Source of the DNA: Macrostomum lignano
Lineage: Eukaryota
DNA: 64,000 nt
NCBI GenBank assembly: GCA_002269645.1
Contig: NIVC01000661.1
Location: 268,724-332,723 of the forward strand
Direction of reading: 5' to 3'
Made by a program: the position numbers and the translations under genes. Positions 15,798 through 26,884 of the stretch are shown piece by piece (within the stretch, counting starts at the first letter, position 1; every line of letters starts with the position of its first letter). The notes below the pieces were generated by a model. It was not told the origin of the DNA. It saw only the letters and a list, made by a program, of their open reading frames with translations, and searched no databases.

Positions 15798-16389
15798 CGC
15801 TGTGAGAGTGGGAGAAGTTTTCCATATTCGTCCGTCGCCAACTCCAACAGTTATAGTTCCACTCAGCTGTTAAAATGCGCGTGACAGACAGGCAAGATGA
15901 AAATCCCAGTTGCTATGCAGCAGGGGATCTGCCCAAACACCCGTGCCCACCCCCCAATCCTTGAGGCCATCATTGCCCACTTCTGTCTGGCTCGAGGGCA
16001 ATGGGAACTGCATTGCGATGCAATGAGGTTTTCCAGTGGCGAAAATCTCCAATATTGCTGGGGATTAGCCGGGCTCAGTCTTCCCCAAGTCTGTCAGCAG
16101 CTTAAAATCCTCATTTTTTGTTATGAGGCGAAGCCGCGAGTGGATTGAAACGGGTGGTGAGGCATGCGGACCACCTGCCAAAGATTGGGAATAAAATTGG
16201 GGATAATAAGCTGGGGATAATCGTCTCTTCACTGGGATTATGATCTAACAACCTCGGCCACTGGCTGCGATGACTAATGCTTGAGCCGGTCTGGGGGACC
16301 GAGAGTGTGCTGCCATTTCTGCTGGGAAATGTCTTCTGGAGCTCTGCTCTGGGCTCTGTTCTGGGCATGCTTGCCGAGAAATGGGACAA

Positions 16390-17090
16390 TGGGAGAGGAG
16401 AAAGGAGAGGAAAGCAAAGGAGAGAAGAGAGGAAAGGAGAGGAGAGGAGAGGAGGAGAGAATAGAGAATGGAGAGGAGAGGAGAGGTGGGGAAAAGAGAG
16501 GAGAGAAGAAGAGACGTGAGGAGAGGAAAAGAAAGGATAGCAAAGGACAGGAGAGGAGAGAAAAGAGAAGAGAAGAGAGAATGGAGAAGAGAGAAGAGAA
16601 GAGAGAAGATAGGAGAAGAGAAGAGAGGAGAGGAGAGGAGAGGAGAAAAAATGAGAGGAGAGGAGAGAAGAGAGGAGATGAGATGAGATGAGAAGAGAGG
16701 AGATGAGAGGAGAGGAAAGGAGAGGAGAGGAGAGGAGAGGAGAGGAGAGGAGAGGAAAGAGAAGAGAAGAGAGAATGGAGAAGAGAGAAGAGAGGAGAGA
16801 AGATAGGAGAAGAGAAGATAGGAGATGAGAGGAGAGGAGAAGAAATGAGAGGAGAGGAGAGAAGATAGGAGAAGAGAAGAGAGGAGATGAGAGGAGAGGA
16901 GAAGAAATGAGAGGAGAGGAGAGAAGAGAGGAGATGAGATGAGATGAGAAGAGAGGAGATGAGAGGAGAGTAGAGGAGAGGAGAGGAGAGAAGGGAGAGG
17001 AGAGGAGAGGTGAAGAGAGGAGAGGAGAGGTGAAGAGGAGAGGAAAGAAGAGGAGAGGAAAGAAGAGGAGAGGAAAGAAGAGGAGAGAAA
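16390..17090. repeat. Purine tract, (AGAGG)n/(AGAAG)n-like
   Basis: Almost exclusively G/A on the + strand. Confidence 0.9.
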
Positions 17091-18014
17091 AGAGTCCACA
17101 GAGATTCCGGGAGCAGATGAAGCCGGCCAAATCTGCAGCCAGCATCAGCAGCAGAGACTGCAGCAGCCTCGCTCGTACATCAAATCGGGTCGCAGCCTGG
17201 CAGCCCAGTGGGGCGCCCGCTATCTTGGAAGAATCGGCGTGATTGCGCAACCCTCCATGCCACCCCGTCATCCCGAGCTCGCTGCCCAGGGGATGCAGCG
17301 AATATTTTTCGCGGGAAGATTACCTCTCTTCTCCTGTTCGCCCAGAACTCCCACAATTTATGATCCCCTGCGCAGACGTTCAGATGTTGCTGCCCCACAG
17401 ACCCACACGCAAAATCTGTATAGCATGAAAGAATTTGTAAATAAAACATTTTTAAACGATTAGTTGTTAGTGAATGCGCGCTAGACAGACTACTGACTTC
17501 TCTACAGAGTAGAATGATCCGCTTTTTATTTGAGAAAAATAATCGATTCAAAAAATAGAATTTGCAGACATCAGTAGTCTATTGGGGTAGGAAAAACAGG
17601 ACTAGAAATTCTGTAAAATTGCCGATTATTTGCATGAGTTAAATTTGCATCAGGTATTATTTTTATAACGACCAAAGGTAGATTAGCTGTAAGATAATTA
17701 CCAGGTGTGTAAAGTACATCGATGAGAGAACCTGAATTCCCTATAGCTACGCTTGATGAGCTGTTACTAGTTTGTCCTTTTTCGCAATTATCGATTTCGC
17801 AATTTCGCAAATTTCGCAACAAATTGACAAAAGTGCAGTGCAGTCAGCATTCTTCATTTCGTCTTGGTTTCCTCGCCATCTTAGAATTTCTCCCTCTCTC
17901 CTAATTACTGTATCGATTTCACACGAATTCTGCTGTGTGTCATTGCAGTACTGCGCCACGCGGCTTTGGGACCCGGGTGTGACTCGTATATTTATTGTGT
18001 CAAAGCGCTCAGTG

Positions 18015-18690
18015 CTCTCCTCTCCTCTCCTCTCCTCCCCTCTCCTCTCTTCCCCTCTCTTCTCCCCTCCGCTCCTCACCCCACCTCTCCTCTCCTCTCC
18101 TCTCCTCTCCTCCCCTCTCCTCTCTTCCCCTATCTTCTCCCCTCCGCTCCTCACCCCACCTCTCTTCTTCTCTCCTCTCCTCTCCTCTCCTCTTCTCTCC
18201 TCTCCTCTCCTCTCCTCCCCTCTCCTCTCTTCCCCTATCTTCTCCCCTCCGCTCCTCACCCCACCTCTCCTCTCCTCTCCTCTCCTCTCCTCTCCTCTTC
18301 TCTCCTCTCCTCTCCTCTCCTCCCCTCTCCTCTCTTCCCCTATCTTCTCCCCTCCGCTCCTCACCCCACCTCTCCTCTCCTCTCCTCTCCTCTCCTCTCC
18401 TCTCCTCTCCTCTCCTCTCCTCTCCTCTCCTCTCCTCTCCTCTCTTCTCCTCTCCTCTCCTCTCCTCTCCTCTCCTCTCCTCTCCTCTCCTCTCCTCTCC
18501 TCTCCTCTCCTCTCCTCTCCTCTCCTCTCCTCTCTTCTCCTCTCCTCTCCTCTCCTCTCCTCTCCTCTCCTCTCCTCTCCTCTCCTCTCCTCTCCTCTCC
18601 TCTCCTCTCCTCTCCTCTCCTCTCCTCTCCTTTTCACCCTTCTCTTTTCCCTCCCTCTCCTCTCTCCCCCTCTCCTCTCCCCTTTCCTAT
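18015..18690. repeat. Pyrimidine tract, (CCTCT)n
   Basis: Long pure ctcct run; reverse complement of 16390-17090. Confidence 0.92.
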
Positions 18691-18726
18691 CTTCCTATCT
18701 CCCCATGGGTCAGGTACCCCCAGAAC

Positions 18727-21700
18727 TCAGAATCTGTGCTCTGCAATCTCGACAGTTCGGAGTCCACTGCCAGCTGGCGGGCACGGGCGTCGCTTGCCGA
18801 TGCAATCAGCAGCTCTCGATGCACAGCTGACAGCCCCAGTGCCAGTGGGTCCATCATCCGTCACAATGATTGCTGGCGGCAGAGGTGACTGCAATTTCGC
18901 GGGCGTAAAGCATCGCATGTAGAAGTTTTAAAGCATGTTTAAATATCGTCTATCGATCAAAGCTGGTATCAGAAAAAATAAACTCTCTACAGAAGCAAGA
19001 CGGCAGTCTATAGTAAAGTTTAGCTAAGCGCATAAAATATAATAAAATGTGGAGCTATTAGATATTAATTTTGTTATTGGGGCTACTCAATATAGTAGCG
19101 TCTTGGCTGCTGAGACAGCAGTGCCTGGAAGGGTGGATTTTTTAATAGAAAAATGCAGCACAAGTAGCAGACTGATTGGTGTCAGGTGACTGCAGCACTG
19201 GTTCGCTGGAGCCCCTGGACCGCCTTATTTGCCCCCTCTGTTCTTCATGCGCAGCGTTGTAACTCACTGACTGTCTCCTCTCTCCTGTCTCTATTCTCTC
19301 TCCTCTCTTCTCTCTCCTCTCTTCTCTCCTCTCTTCCTTCTACTCTCTTCTCTTCTCTCTCCTCTCTTCTCTCTCCTCTCTTCTCTCCTCTCTTCTTTCT
19401 CCTCTCTTCCTTCTACTCTCTTCTATTGTCTCTCCTCTCCTTTCATCTCTCTCCTCTCTTCGCTCTCCTCTCTTCTCTCCTCTCTTCCTTCTACTCTCTT
19501 CTCTTCTCTCTCCTCTCCTCTCTACTCTCTCCTCTTCTCTCTCCTCTCCTCTCTCCTCTCTCCTCTTCTCTCTCCTCTCTTCTCTCTCCTCTCCTCTCTC
19601 CTCTCTCCTCTTCTCTCTCCTCTCTTCTCTCTCCTCTCCTCTCTACTCTCTACTCTTCTCTCTCCTCTCCTCTCTCCTCTCTACTCTTCTCTCTCCTCTC
19701 CTCTCTCCTCTCTACTCTTCTCTCTCCTCTCTTCTCTCTCCTCTCCTCTCTCCTCTCTCCTCTTCTCTCTCCTCTCTTCTCTCTCCTCTCCTCTCTCCTC
19801 TCTACTCTTCTCTCTCCTCTCCTCTCTCCTCTCTACTCTTCTCTCTCCTCTCTTCTCTCTCCTCTCCTCTCTCCTCTCTCCTCTTCTCTCTCCTCTCTTC
19901 TCTCTCCTCTCCTCTCTACTCTCTACTCTTCTCTCTCCTCTCCTCTCTCCTCTCTACTCTTCTCTCTCCTCTCTTCTCTCTCCTCTCTTCTCTACTCTGT
20001 CCTCTTCTCTCTCTTCTCCTCTCTCCTCTCCTCTCTACTCTCTACTCTTCTCTCTCCTCTCCTCTCTCCTCTCTACTCTTCTCTCTCCTCTCTTCTCTCT
20101 CCTCTTTTCTCTACTCTGTCCTCTTCTCTCTCTTCTCCTCTCTCCTCTCCTCTCTCCTCTCTCGTCTTCTCTCTCCTCTTCTCTCTCCTCTCCTCTCTCC
20201 TCTCTCCTCTTCTCTCTCCTCTCCTCTCTTCTCTCTCCTCTCTCCTCTCCTCTCTCTCCTCTCCTATCTATTTTCTTCGTTATCCCTTCTTTTCCCCTTT
20301 TTTCTTCCCTCTCTTTTTAGTATTGGTGTATATAATGATTTACACTACATATCGTCAGAGTAATACACCTAGCTACTGGCTATACTTGTATTAGCAACCA
20401 CCTGGGGTCTCCCTAGCGTTGCAGATTTCTGCTTCTGGCTCCGCTGTCTCACCTCTGCAGCCTCGTCCGTGCCATGGCAGCCGCCCCCGCCACCGCGGCC
20501 GCCTTCTATTAGTAGCAGAAGGCCCCGAGCCAGCAAGCGTCTGTTGCGGCTGTTGGAGCCGCGAGGTGACAGGCCGCCGTGAACCGCCTGCACCTTTTTT
20601 GTGAGATGAGGTTGCAGGAGTAGCAACAGAGTACCAGCCTCTTCTACCAGGTTTCAAATCCCCAATTCTAAAATCCCACTCAAAGCCCCAATTCTAAAAT
20701 CCCACTCAAATCCCCAATTCTAAAATCCCACTCAAATCCCCAATTCTAAAATCCCACTCAAATCCCCAATTCTAAAATCCCACTCAAAGCCCCAATTCTA
20801 AAATCCCACTCAAATCCCCAATTCTAAAATCCCACTCAAATCCCCAATTCTAAAATCCCACTCAAATCCCCAATTCTAAAATCCCACTCAAATCCCCAAA
20901 CCTAAAATCCCACTCAAATCCCAATTCTAAAATCCCACTCAATTCCCCAATTCTAAAGTCCCACTCAAATCTCCAATTCTAAAATACCACTTAAATCCCC
21001 AATTCTAAAATCCCACTCAAACCCCCAATTCTAAAATCCCACCCAAACCCCCAATTCTAAAATCCTACTAAAATCCCCTGTTCGAATCCCCAGTTCTAAA
21101 ATCCCACTCAAATCCCCAATTCTGAAATCTGACTCAAATCCCCAATTCTAGAATTCCACTCGAATCCCTAATTTTAAAATCCCAGATCCTCAGCAATGCT
21201 CACTCACCAGATACACGGCGCCGATGACGCCAATGACTGCGCCAGTAGCCGAGTCGACCGCCCTGGCCCTACCGGTGGTCACCCTGTCGGAGCTGCCGAG
21301 AGCTCCGGCGAGAGCCAAAAGCCCCGTCAGTAACGGCAGAGCCGCGTGCTTCCCGCCGTGCAAGCTGACCAGGGAGTTCAGGTACAGCTGAGGGTGGAAG
21401 GGTTCAGGTGGTTGAGGCTCTGAGCTTCAGAGAGGAATGAAGGGTTCAGGAATGCAGGCTGTGAGCTTCAGAGAGGAATGAAGGGTTCAGGAATGCAGGC
21501 TGTGAGCTTCAGAGAAGGTTGAAGGGCTCAGGAATGCAGGCTGTGAGCTTCAGAGAAGGTTGAAGGGCTCAGGAATGCAGGCTGTGAGCTTCAGAGAAGG
21601 TTGAAGGGTTCAGGAATGCAGGCTGTGAGCTTCAGAGAAGGTTGAAGGGTTCAGGAATGCAGGCTGTGAGCTTCAGAGAAGGTTGAAGGGCTCAGGAATG

Positions 21701-24700
21701 CAGGCTGTGAGCTTCAGAGAAGGTTGAATGATTCAGGAATGCAGGCTGTGAGCTTCAGAGAAGGTTGAAGGGTTCAGGAATGCAAGCTGTGAGCTTCAGA
21801 GAGGAATGAAGGGTTCAGGAATGCAGGCTGTGAGCTTCAGAGAAGGTTGAAGGGTTCAGGAATGCAGGCTGTGAGCTTCAGAGAAGGTTGAAGGTTCAGG
21901 AATGCAAGCTGTGAGCTTCAGAGAAGGTTGAAGGGCTCAGGAATGCAGGCTGTGAGCTTCAGAGAAGGTTGAAGGGCTCAGGAATGCAGGCTGTGAGCTT
22001 CAGAGAAGGTTGAAGGGCTCAGGAATGCAGGCTTTAGGTACAAATAATTCCAAGCTATATCCGAGCTACATTACATAGCGAAAAATGTGTAGTTAAAACA
22101 CCGACTTACAATCAGAAAAGTTGTCGAATACGCAATCAGACACGACAGCACGGATGGAAATGACGTTCTGAAAATAACGCAGAAATTCTGATGCTGCTGA
22201 GTTCCTGTCGAGTTCAACCTGAGATCCCAGCAGCTAACCTGAGATCCCAGCAGCCAACCTGAGATCCCTGCAGCTTACCTGAGATCCCTGCAGCTTACCT
22301 GAGATCCCTGCAGCTTACCTGAGATCCTTGAGCACGTGAAGTCGCTTCTCCGCACACCCGACCAGCACATCAGCAATATCACTATGAGTAATCTGAGGAG
22401 GCTGGCAGACGGCCAAGAACTGAGGCCTGGGATGACCAAAGTACGCTTTGAGCACATCCGTGATGAGCATGAGCAGGAAGTAGCAGAACGCAAAGTTTAC
22501 TGAAAATAGTTGATCGAGAGTTGCATGATTCAATGAAAAAATGCAAAACTGCGTCAGCGAGATTAAGTTGAACAGCAAAATCAACAGCAAAATCAACAGC
22601 AAAATCAACAGCAAAATCAACAGCAAAATCAACAGCAAAATCAACAGCAAAATCAACAGCAAAATCAACAGCAAAATCAACAGCAAAATCAACAGCAAAA
22701 TCAACAGCAAAATCAACAGCAAAAGCAACAGAAACAGCAAAAGAAACAACAAAAGTAACAGCAAAAGCAACAGCAAAAGCAACAGAAAAAGCAACAGCAA
22801 AAGCAACAGCAAAACCAAAAGCAACAGCAAAAGCAACTGTAATAGGAACAGCAAAACCAACAGCAAAAGCAAAAGCAATAGAAGAAGATATAACAGGGAG
22901 AGCAGCGTCAAATTCAGAGCTATGAATTCTGTCGCCTTTAGTCTCAGAATCTGAGCATCCCTAAGCCGAGCCGGTGGCTCCGCCAGCTCCAAGTACGCTT
23001 GTATTGTACAATTTTCAAACCTGTGAAGTGCTGTCTTCGAAAAAACAAAGAGCATCGATGAAGATGCTTTGATTGTCTCTCACCAATGATTCTGTACAGC
23101 CTCCGCGGCGCCCTGGGCAGTCGCACAGACGGGCAGAGCGGGTTCAGCCGAGCCGGCCGCTCCTTCCGGTACAGGCAAATCAGCGCCAATTCGCAGACTG
23201 CAATCTGCGCAGTTACATATAAAAAGAGATAAATATGCGAAACTTGCCTACTAGCAGTAGGATACTTAGAAAATGCATAGTAGAAATATTGCTGAAAAAC
23301 TCACTATAAGCACGGGAACAGCCAGTGTCAGACAGTAGAGCAGCTCCTCTGAGACCCGGCCGGACAGCGGGAATTCCGCCATTTGCTGCCGGCTTCTCCG
23401 TTGAGAATCGCCGGTTGAATCCACCTGAGAAAACTGCCAGCCAGAAATATCGGGCCTCCGAAGCGGGATGATTCTTGACCAGCTGTGGGTGGTTTTTTCG
23501 AATTATTTTGCTAAGAGTCCTTCATCGATTCTCTTATATTTTTGCATCAATTTAAATAATCAGTTCAATTTTACAGATCGCTGCAGATTTTTGGAAACAT
23601 TGATGACGGGAAACCGTAGAATTGAGTCGTCTGCGAGCATCTGAAATATCGGGATAGGCTTTCTGATAAGGCTCAGTGCTCAAAGTAGTTTATTAAAGTA
23701 CAATAAATGTAAATCCCCATGTGCACTGAGTGAAAAATATCTCCCCCTAATGTACACTACATAAAAAAATATCGTCTCCCAATGTACATTGAATGAAAAA
23801 TCTCCTCTCCCAATGTACATAGAATAAAAAATCTCGTCTCCCAATGTACAGAGAATGAAAAATCTCGTCTCCCAATGTACATAGAATAAAAAATCTCGTC
23901 TCCCAATGTACATAGAATAAAAAATCTCGTCTCCCAATGTACATTGAATAAAAAATCTCGTCTCCCAATGTACATAGAATGAAAATCTCGTCTCCCAATG
24001 TACATAGAATGAAAAATCTCGTCTCCCAATGTACAATGAATAAAAAATCTCGTCTCTCAATGTACATTGAATGAAAAATCTCGTGTCCCAATGTACAATG
24101 AATGAAGAATCTCGTCTCCCAATGTACATTTAAATGCTCCCTAAACCCAAGAACCGACCTCAGCAAGTAGGCGGTCATCACCACGACCATCAACAGGCAG
24201 ACATCGGCCACCAGGCCTAGAATGGTGCAGGCCCTGCCCAGCCGAGACTGTCGCCGTTCGCCGCCCGGCCTCGATGGCTCCCTGACGCTGGACTCGGCCT
24301 GTTGCTGTCGGCGACTTCGCCGGCGCAGACGGCGCCTAAAGCAGCAGCCGCGTCGGCCATCGGCTTCGACGTCTTCGAAGTGCATCGAATGGTAGTTCTG
24401 CGCCCGTGTGCGAGTTCGCCTGCCATTGCTGTTGCCGCAATCGCCATTGCCTGCGAATACAATAAATATCTAAAGTTTTTCTCAGCTACTTATAGTAGAA
24501 AAAAACATTTAGCAGCTAAAATTGTTGAAGAAAAAGCAACCAAAAATTATAAAACCCGAATTTCTCACCGTCCTGAAGCCAGGACGATCCGCAGTTGCAG
24601 TCGCATTGGCAGCGCATCGGCGTCGCTGGCGGAGCCACCGGCGGCGGCGTCGGGATGCTCAGCTGGCTGCCGAAGCTCGGATTCTGACAGACTAAAGGCG

Positions 24701-24710
24701 GCGGGTTCAT
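18727..24710 (-). CDS. PAP2-superfamily multi-pass membrane protein, PLPP/PLPPR-like, predicted catalytically dead (about 482 aa, 9 coding exons)
   Basis: Exons 24710-24569, 24450-24159, 23482-23305, 23204-23084, 22499-22319, 22167-22110, 21387-21208, 20587-20453, 18888-18727; all GT-AG with matching phases, 1449 nt. Motifs: TM1 LGLVADVCLLMVV; C1 LKAYFGHPRPQFLAVCQP; C2 RTSFPSVL; C3 SDRVTTGRARAVD. The last two exons are less certain. Confidence 0.82.
19270..20275. repeat. CT-rich low-complexity tract filling most of the last PAP2-gene intron
   Basis: ctctcctctcttctct-type units. Confidence 0.9.
20655..21185. repeat. 26-bp minisatellite (aaatccccaattctaaaatcccactc)
   Basis: Begins about 25 nt inside the donor at 21207. 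Confidence 0.92.
21395..22035. repeat. 41-bp minisatellite (gaagggttcaggaatgcaggctgtgagcttcagagaaggtt)
   Basis: About 15 units running up to the acceptor at 21388. Confidence 0.92.
22218..22330. repeat. 20-bp tandem repeat containing the exon-5 splice donor
   Basis: cagcttacctgagatccctg units; sense GGATCTCAG|GTAAGCTGCAG. Confidence 0.9.
22570..22880. repeat. 12-bp (aacagcaaaatc / aacagcaaaagc) repeat
   Basis: Direct reading. Confidence 0.9.
23730..24128. repeat. About 31-bp minisatellite (aaaaatctcgtctcccaatgtacatagaat)
   Basis: About 13 units in the PAP2-gene intron 24158-23483. Confidence 0.9.
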
Positions 24711-24729
24711 GGCTCCGAGTTTGCTGCAG

Positions 24730-26395
24730 CTTTAATTTTTGCTTTTGCTGTTGCTTTTGCTGCTTTTACTTATGCCTTTGCTGTTGCTTGCTGTTGCTGT
24801 TGCTTTTGCTGTTGCTTTTGCTTTTGCTGTTGCTGTTGCTGTTGCTGCTGCTGTTTCTGTTACTTTTGCTGTTGCTGTTTTTTTCTGTTGCTGTTGCTTT
24901 TGCTGTTGTTGTTGCTTTTGCTGTTGCTGTTGCTGTTGCTTTTGCTGTTGCTATTGTTGTTGCTTTTGCTGTTGCTGTTGCTGTTGCTTTTGCTGTTGCT
25001 ATTGTTGTTGCTTTTGCTGTTGCTGTTGATTTTACTTTTGCCTTTGCTATTGCTTTTGCTGTTGCTTTGCTGTTGCTTTTGCTGTTGCTTTTGCTGTTGC
25101 TTTTGCTGTTGCTTTTGCTTTTGCTGTTGCTGTTGCTGTTGCTTTTGCTGTTGTTGTTGCTTTTGCTGTTGCTGTTGCTGTTGCTTTTGCTGTTTTTTTT
25201 TCTGTTGCTGTTGCTTTTGCTGTTATTGTTGCTTTTGCTGTTGCTGTTGCTGTTGCTTTTGCTGTTGCTATTGTTGTTGCTTTTGCTGTTGCTGTTGTTG
25301 TTGCTTTTGCTGTTGCTGTTGATTTTACTTTTGCCTTTGCTATTGCTTTTGCTGTTGCTTTGCTGTTGCTTTTGCTGTTGCTTTTGCTGTTGCTTTTGCT
25401 GTTGCTTTTGCTTTTGCTGTTGCTGTTGCTGTTGCTTTTGCTGTTGTTGTTGCTTTTGCTGTTGTTGTTGCTTTTGCTGTTGCTGTTGCTGTTGCTTTTG
25501 CTGTTTTTTTTCTGTTGCTGTTGCTTTTGCTGTTGTTGTTGCTTTTGCTGTTGCTGTTGCTGTTGCTTTTGCTGTTGCTATTGTTGTTGCTTTTGCTGTT
25601 GCTGTTGCTGTTGCTTTTGCTGTTGCTATTGTTGTTGCTTTTGCTGTTGCTGTTGTTGTTGCTTTTGCTGTTGCTGTTGATTTTACTTTTGCCTTTGCTA
25701 TTGCTTTTGCTGTTGCTTTGCTGTTGCTTTTGCTGTTGCTTTTGCTGTTGCTTTTGCTGTTGCTTTTGCTGTTGCTTTTGCTTTTGCTGTTGCTGTTGCT
25801 GTTGCTTTTGCTGTTGTTGTTGCTTTTGCTGTTGCTGTTGCTGTTGCTTTTGCTGTTGCTTTTGCTGTTGCTTTTGCTGTTGCTTTTGCTGTTGCTTTTG
25901 CTGTTGCTTTTGCTGTTGCTTTTGCTGCTTTTACTTATGCCTTTGCTGTTTCTGTTGCTTTTGCTGTTGCTTTTGTTTTTGCTGTTGCTGTTGCTGTTGC
26001 TGTTTCTTTTACTTTTGCTGTTGCTGTTGCTTTTGCTGTTGCTGTCACTTTTGCTGTTGCTGTTGCTTTTGCTGTTGATTTTGCTTTTGCTGTTGCTGTT
26101 GCTTTTGCTGTTGCTGTTGCTGTTGTTGTTGATTTTGCTGTTGCTGTTGCTGCTGCTGTTGCTTTTGTTGTTGCTTTAGTTGTTGCTTTTGCTGTTGCTT
26201 TTGCTGTTGCTGTTGCTGTTGCTTTTGCTGTTGCTGTTGCTGTTGTTGTTGATTTTGCTGTTGCTGTTGCTGCTGCTGTTGCTTTTGTTGTTGCTTTAGT
26301 TGTTGCTTTTGCTGTTGCTTTTGCTGTTGCTGTTGCTGTTGCTGCTGCTTTTTACTGTTGCTTCTTCTGCTGCATTTGCAGTTTCTTCTGCTGTT
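24730..26395. repeat. (gcttttgctgtt)n-type satellite
   Basis: Reverse complement of 22570-22880; abuts a candidate acceptor at 24724. Confidence 0.92.
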
Positions 26396-26884
26396 GTCGC
26401 TCGTTCTAGACACAGCACTAGTTATTCGCGTCGACTCAAGAGCAATTTATTCTCGACGAGCAGAAGCAGTCTCAGCTTTATCCCAGCCATCAGCAGCAAG
26501 TGCAGCAGCCTGGGATCGAGTTGCATTCCACAGCAGTGCAGCCGAAATCCCCCAGTGATTGCGTGCCCATAGATTTCGCCCACATCTGTCACTTTTCTTG
26601 CTTCTGTACCCAAATGGCACTGTGAAGCTGGAATTCGATATCCTCCCCGATGACATCGTCTGTTTCCATCCTAATCGCATCACTCAAACGTCCGGGACGC
26701 AGAGAATTTTCGGCCGCCCGAGATTCATATCCTGATGTAAATCTGCAACGAGATTTGGGTCTCAATATCTATGCTCAAGGAGGTTGTACGCATGACGGGG
26801 TGGGAGGAAAGGCTCCCGGAATCCCCGCCGAACCTCCGAGATCGCATGCTGACCCTGGCTTATCACGTACGAAGCTCCTATCAC

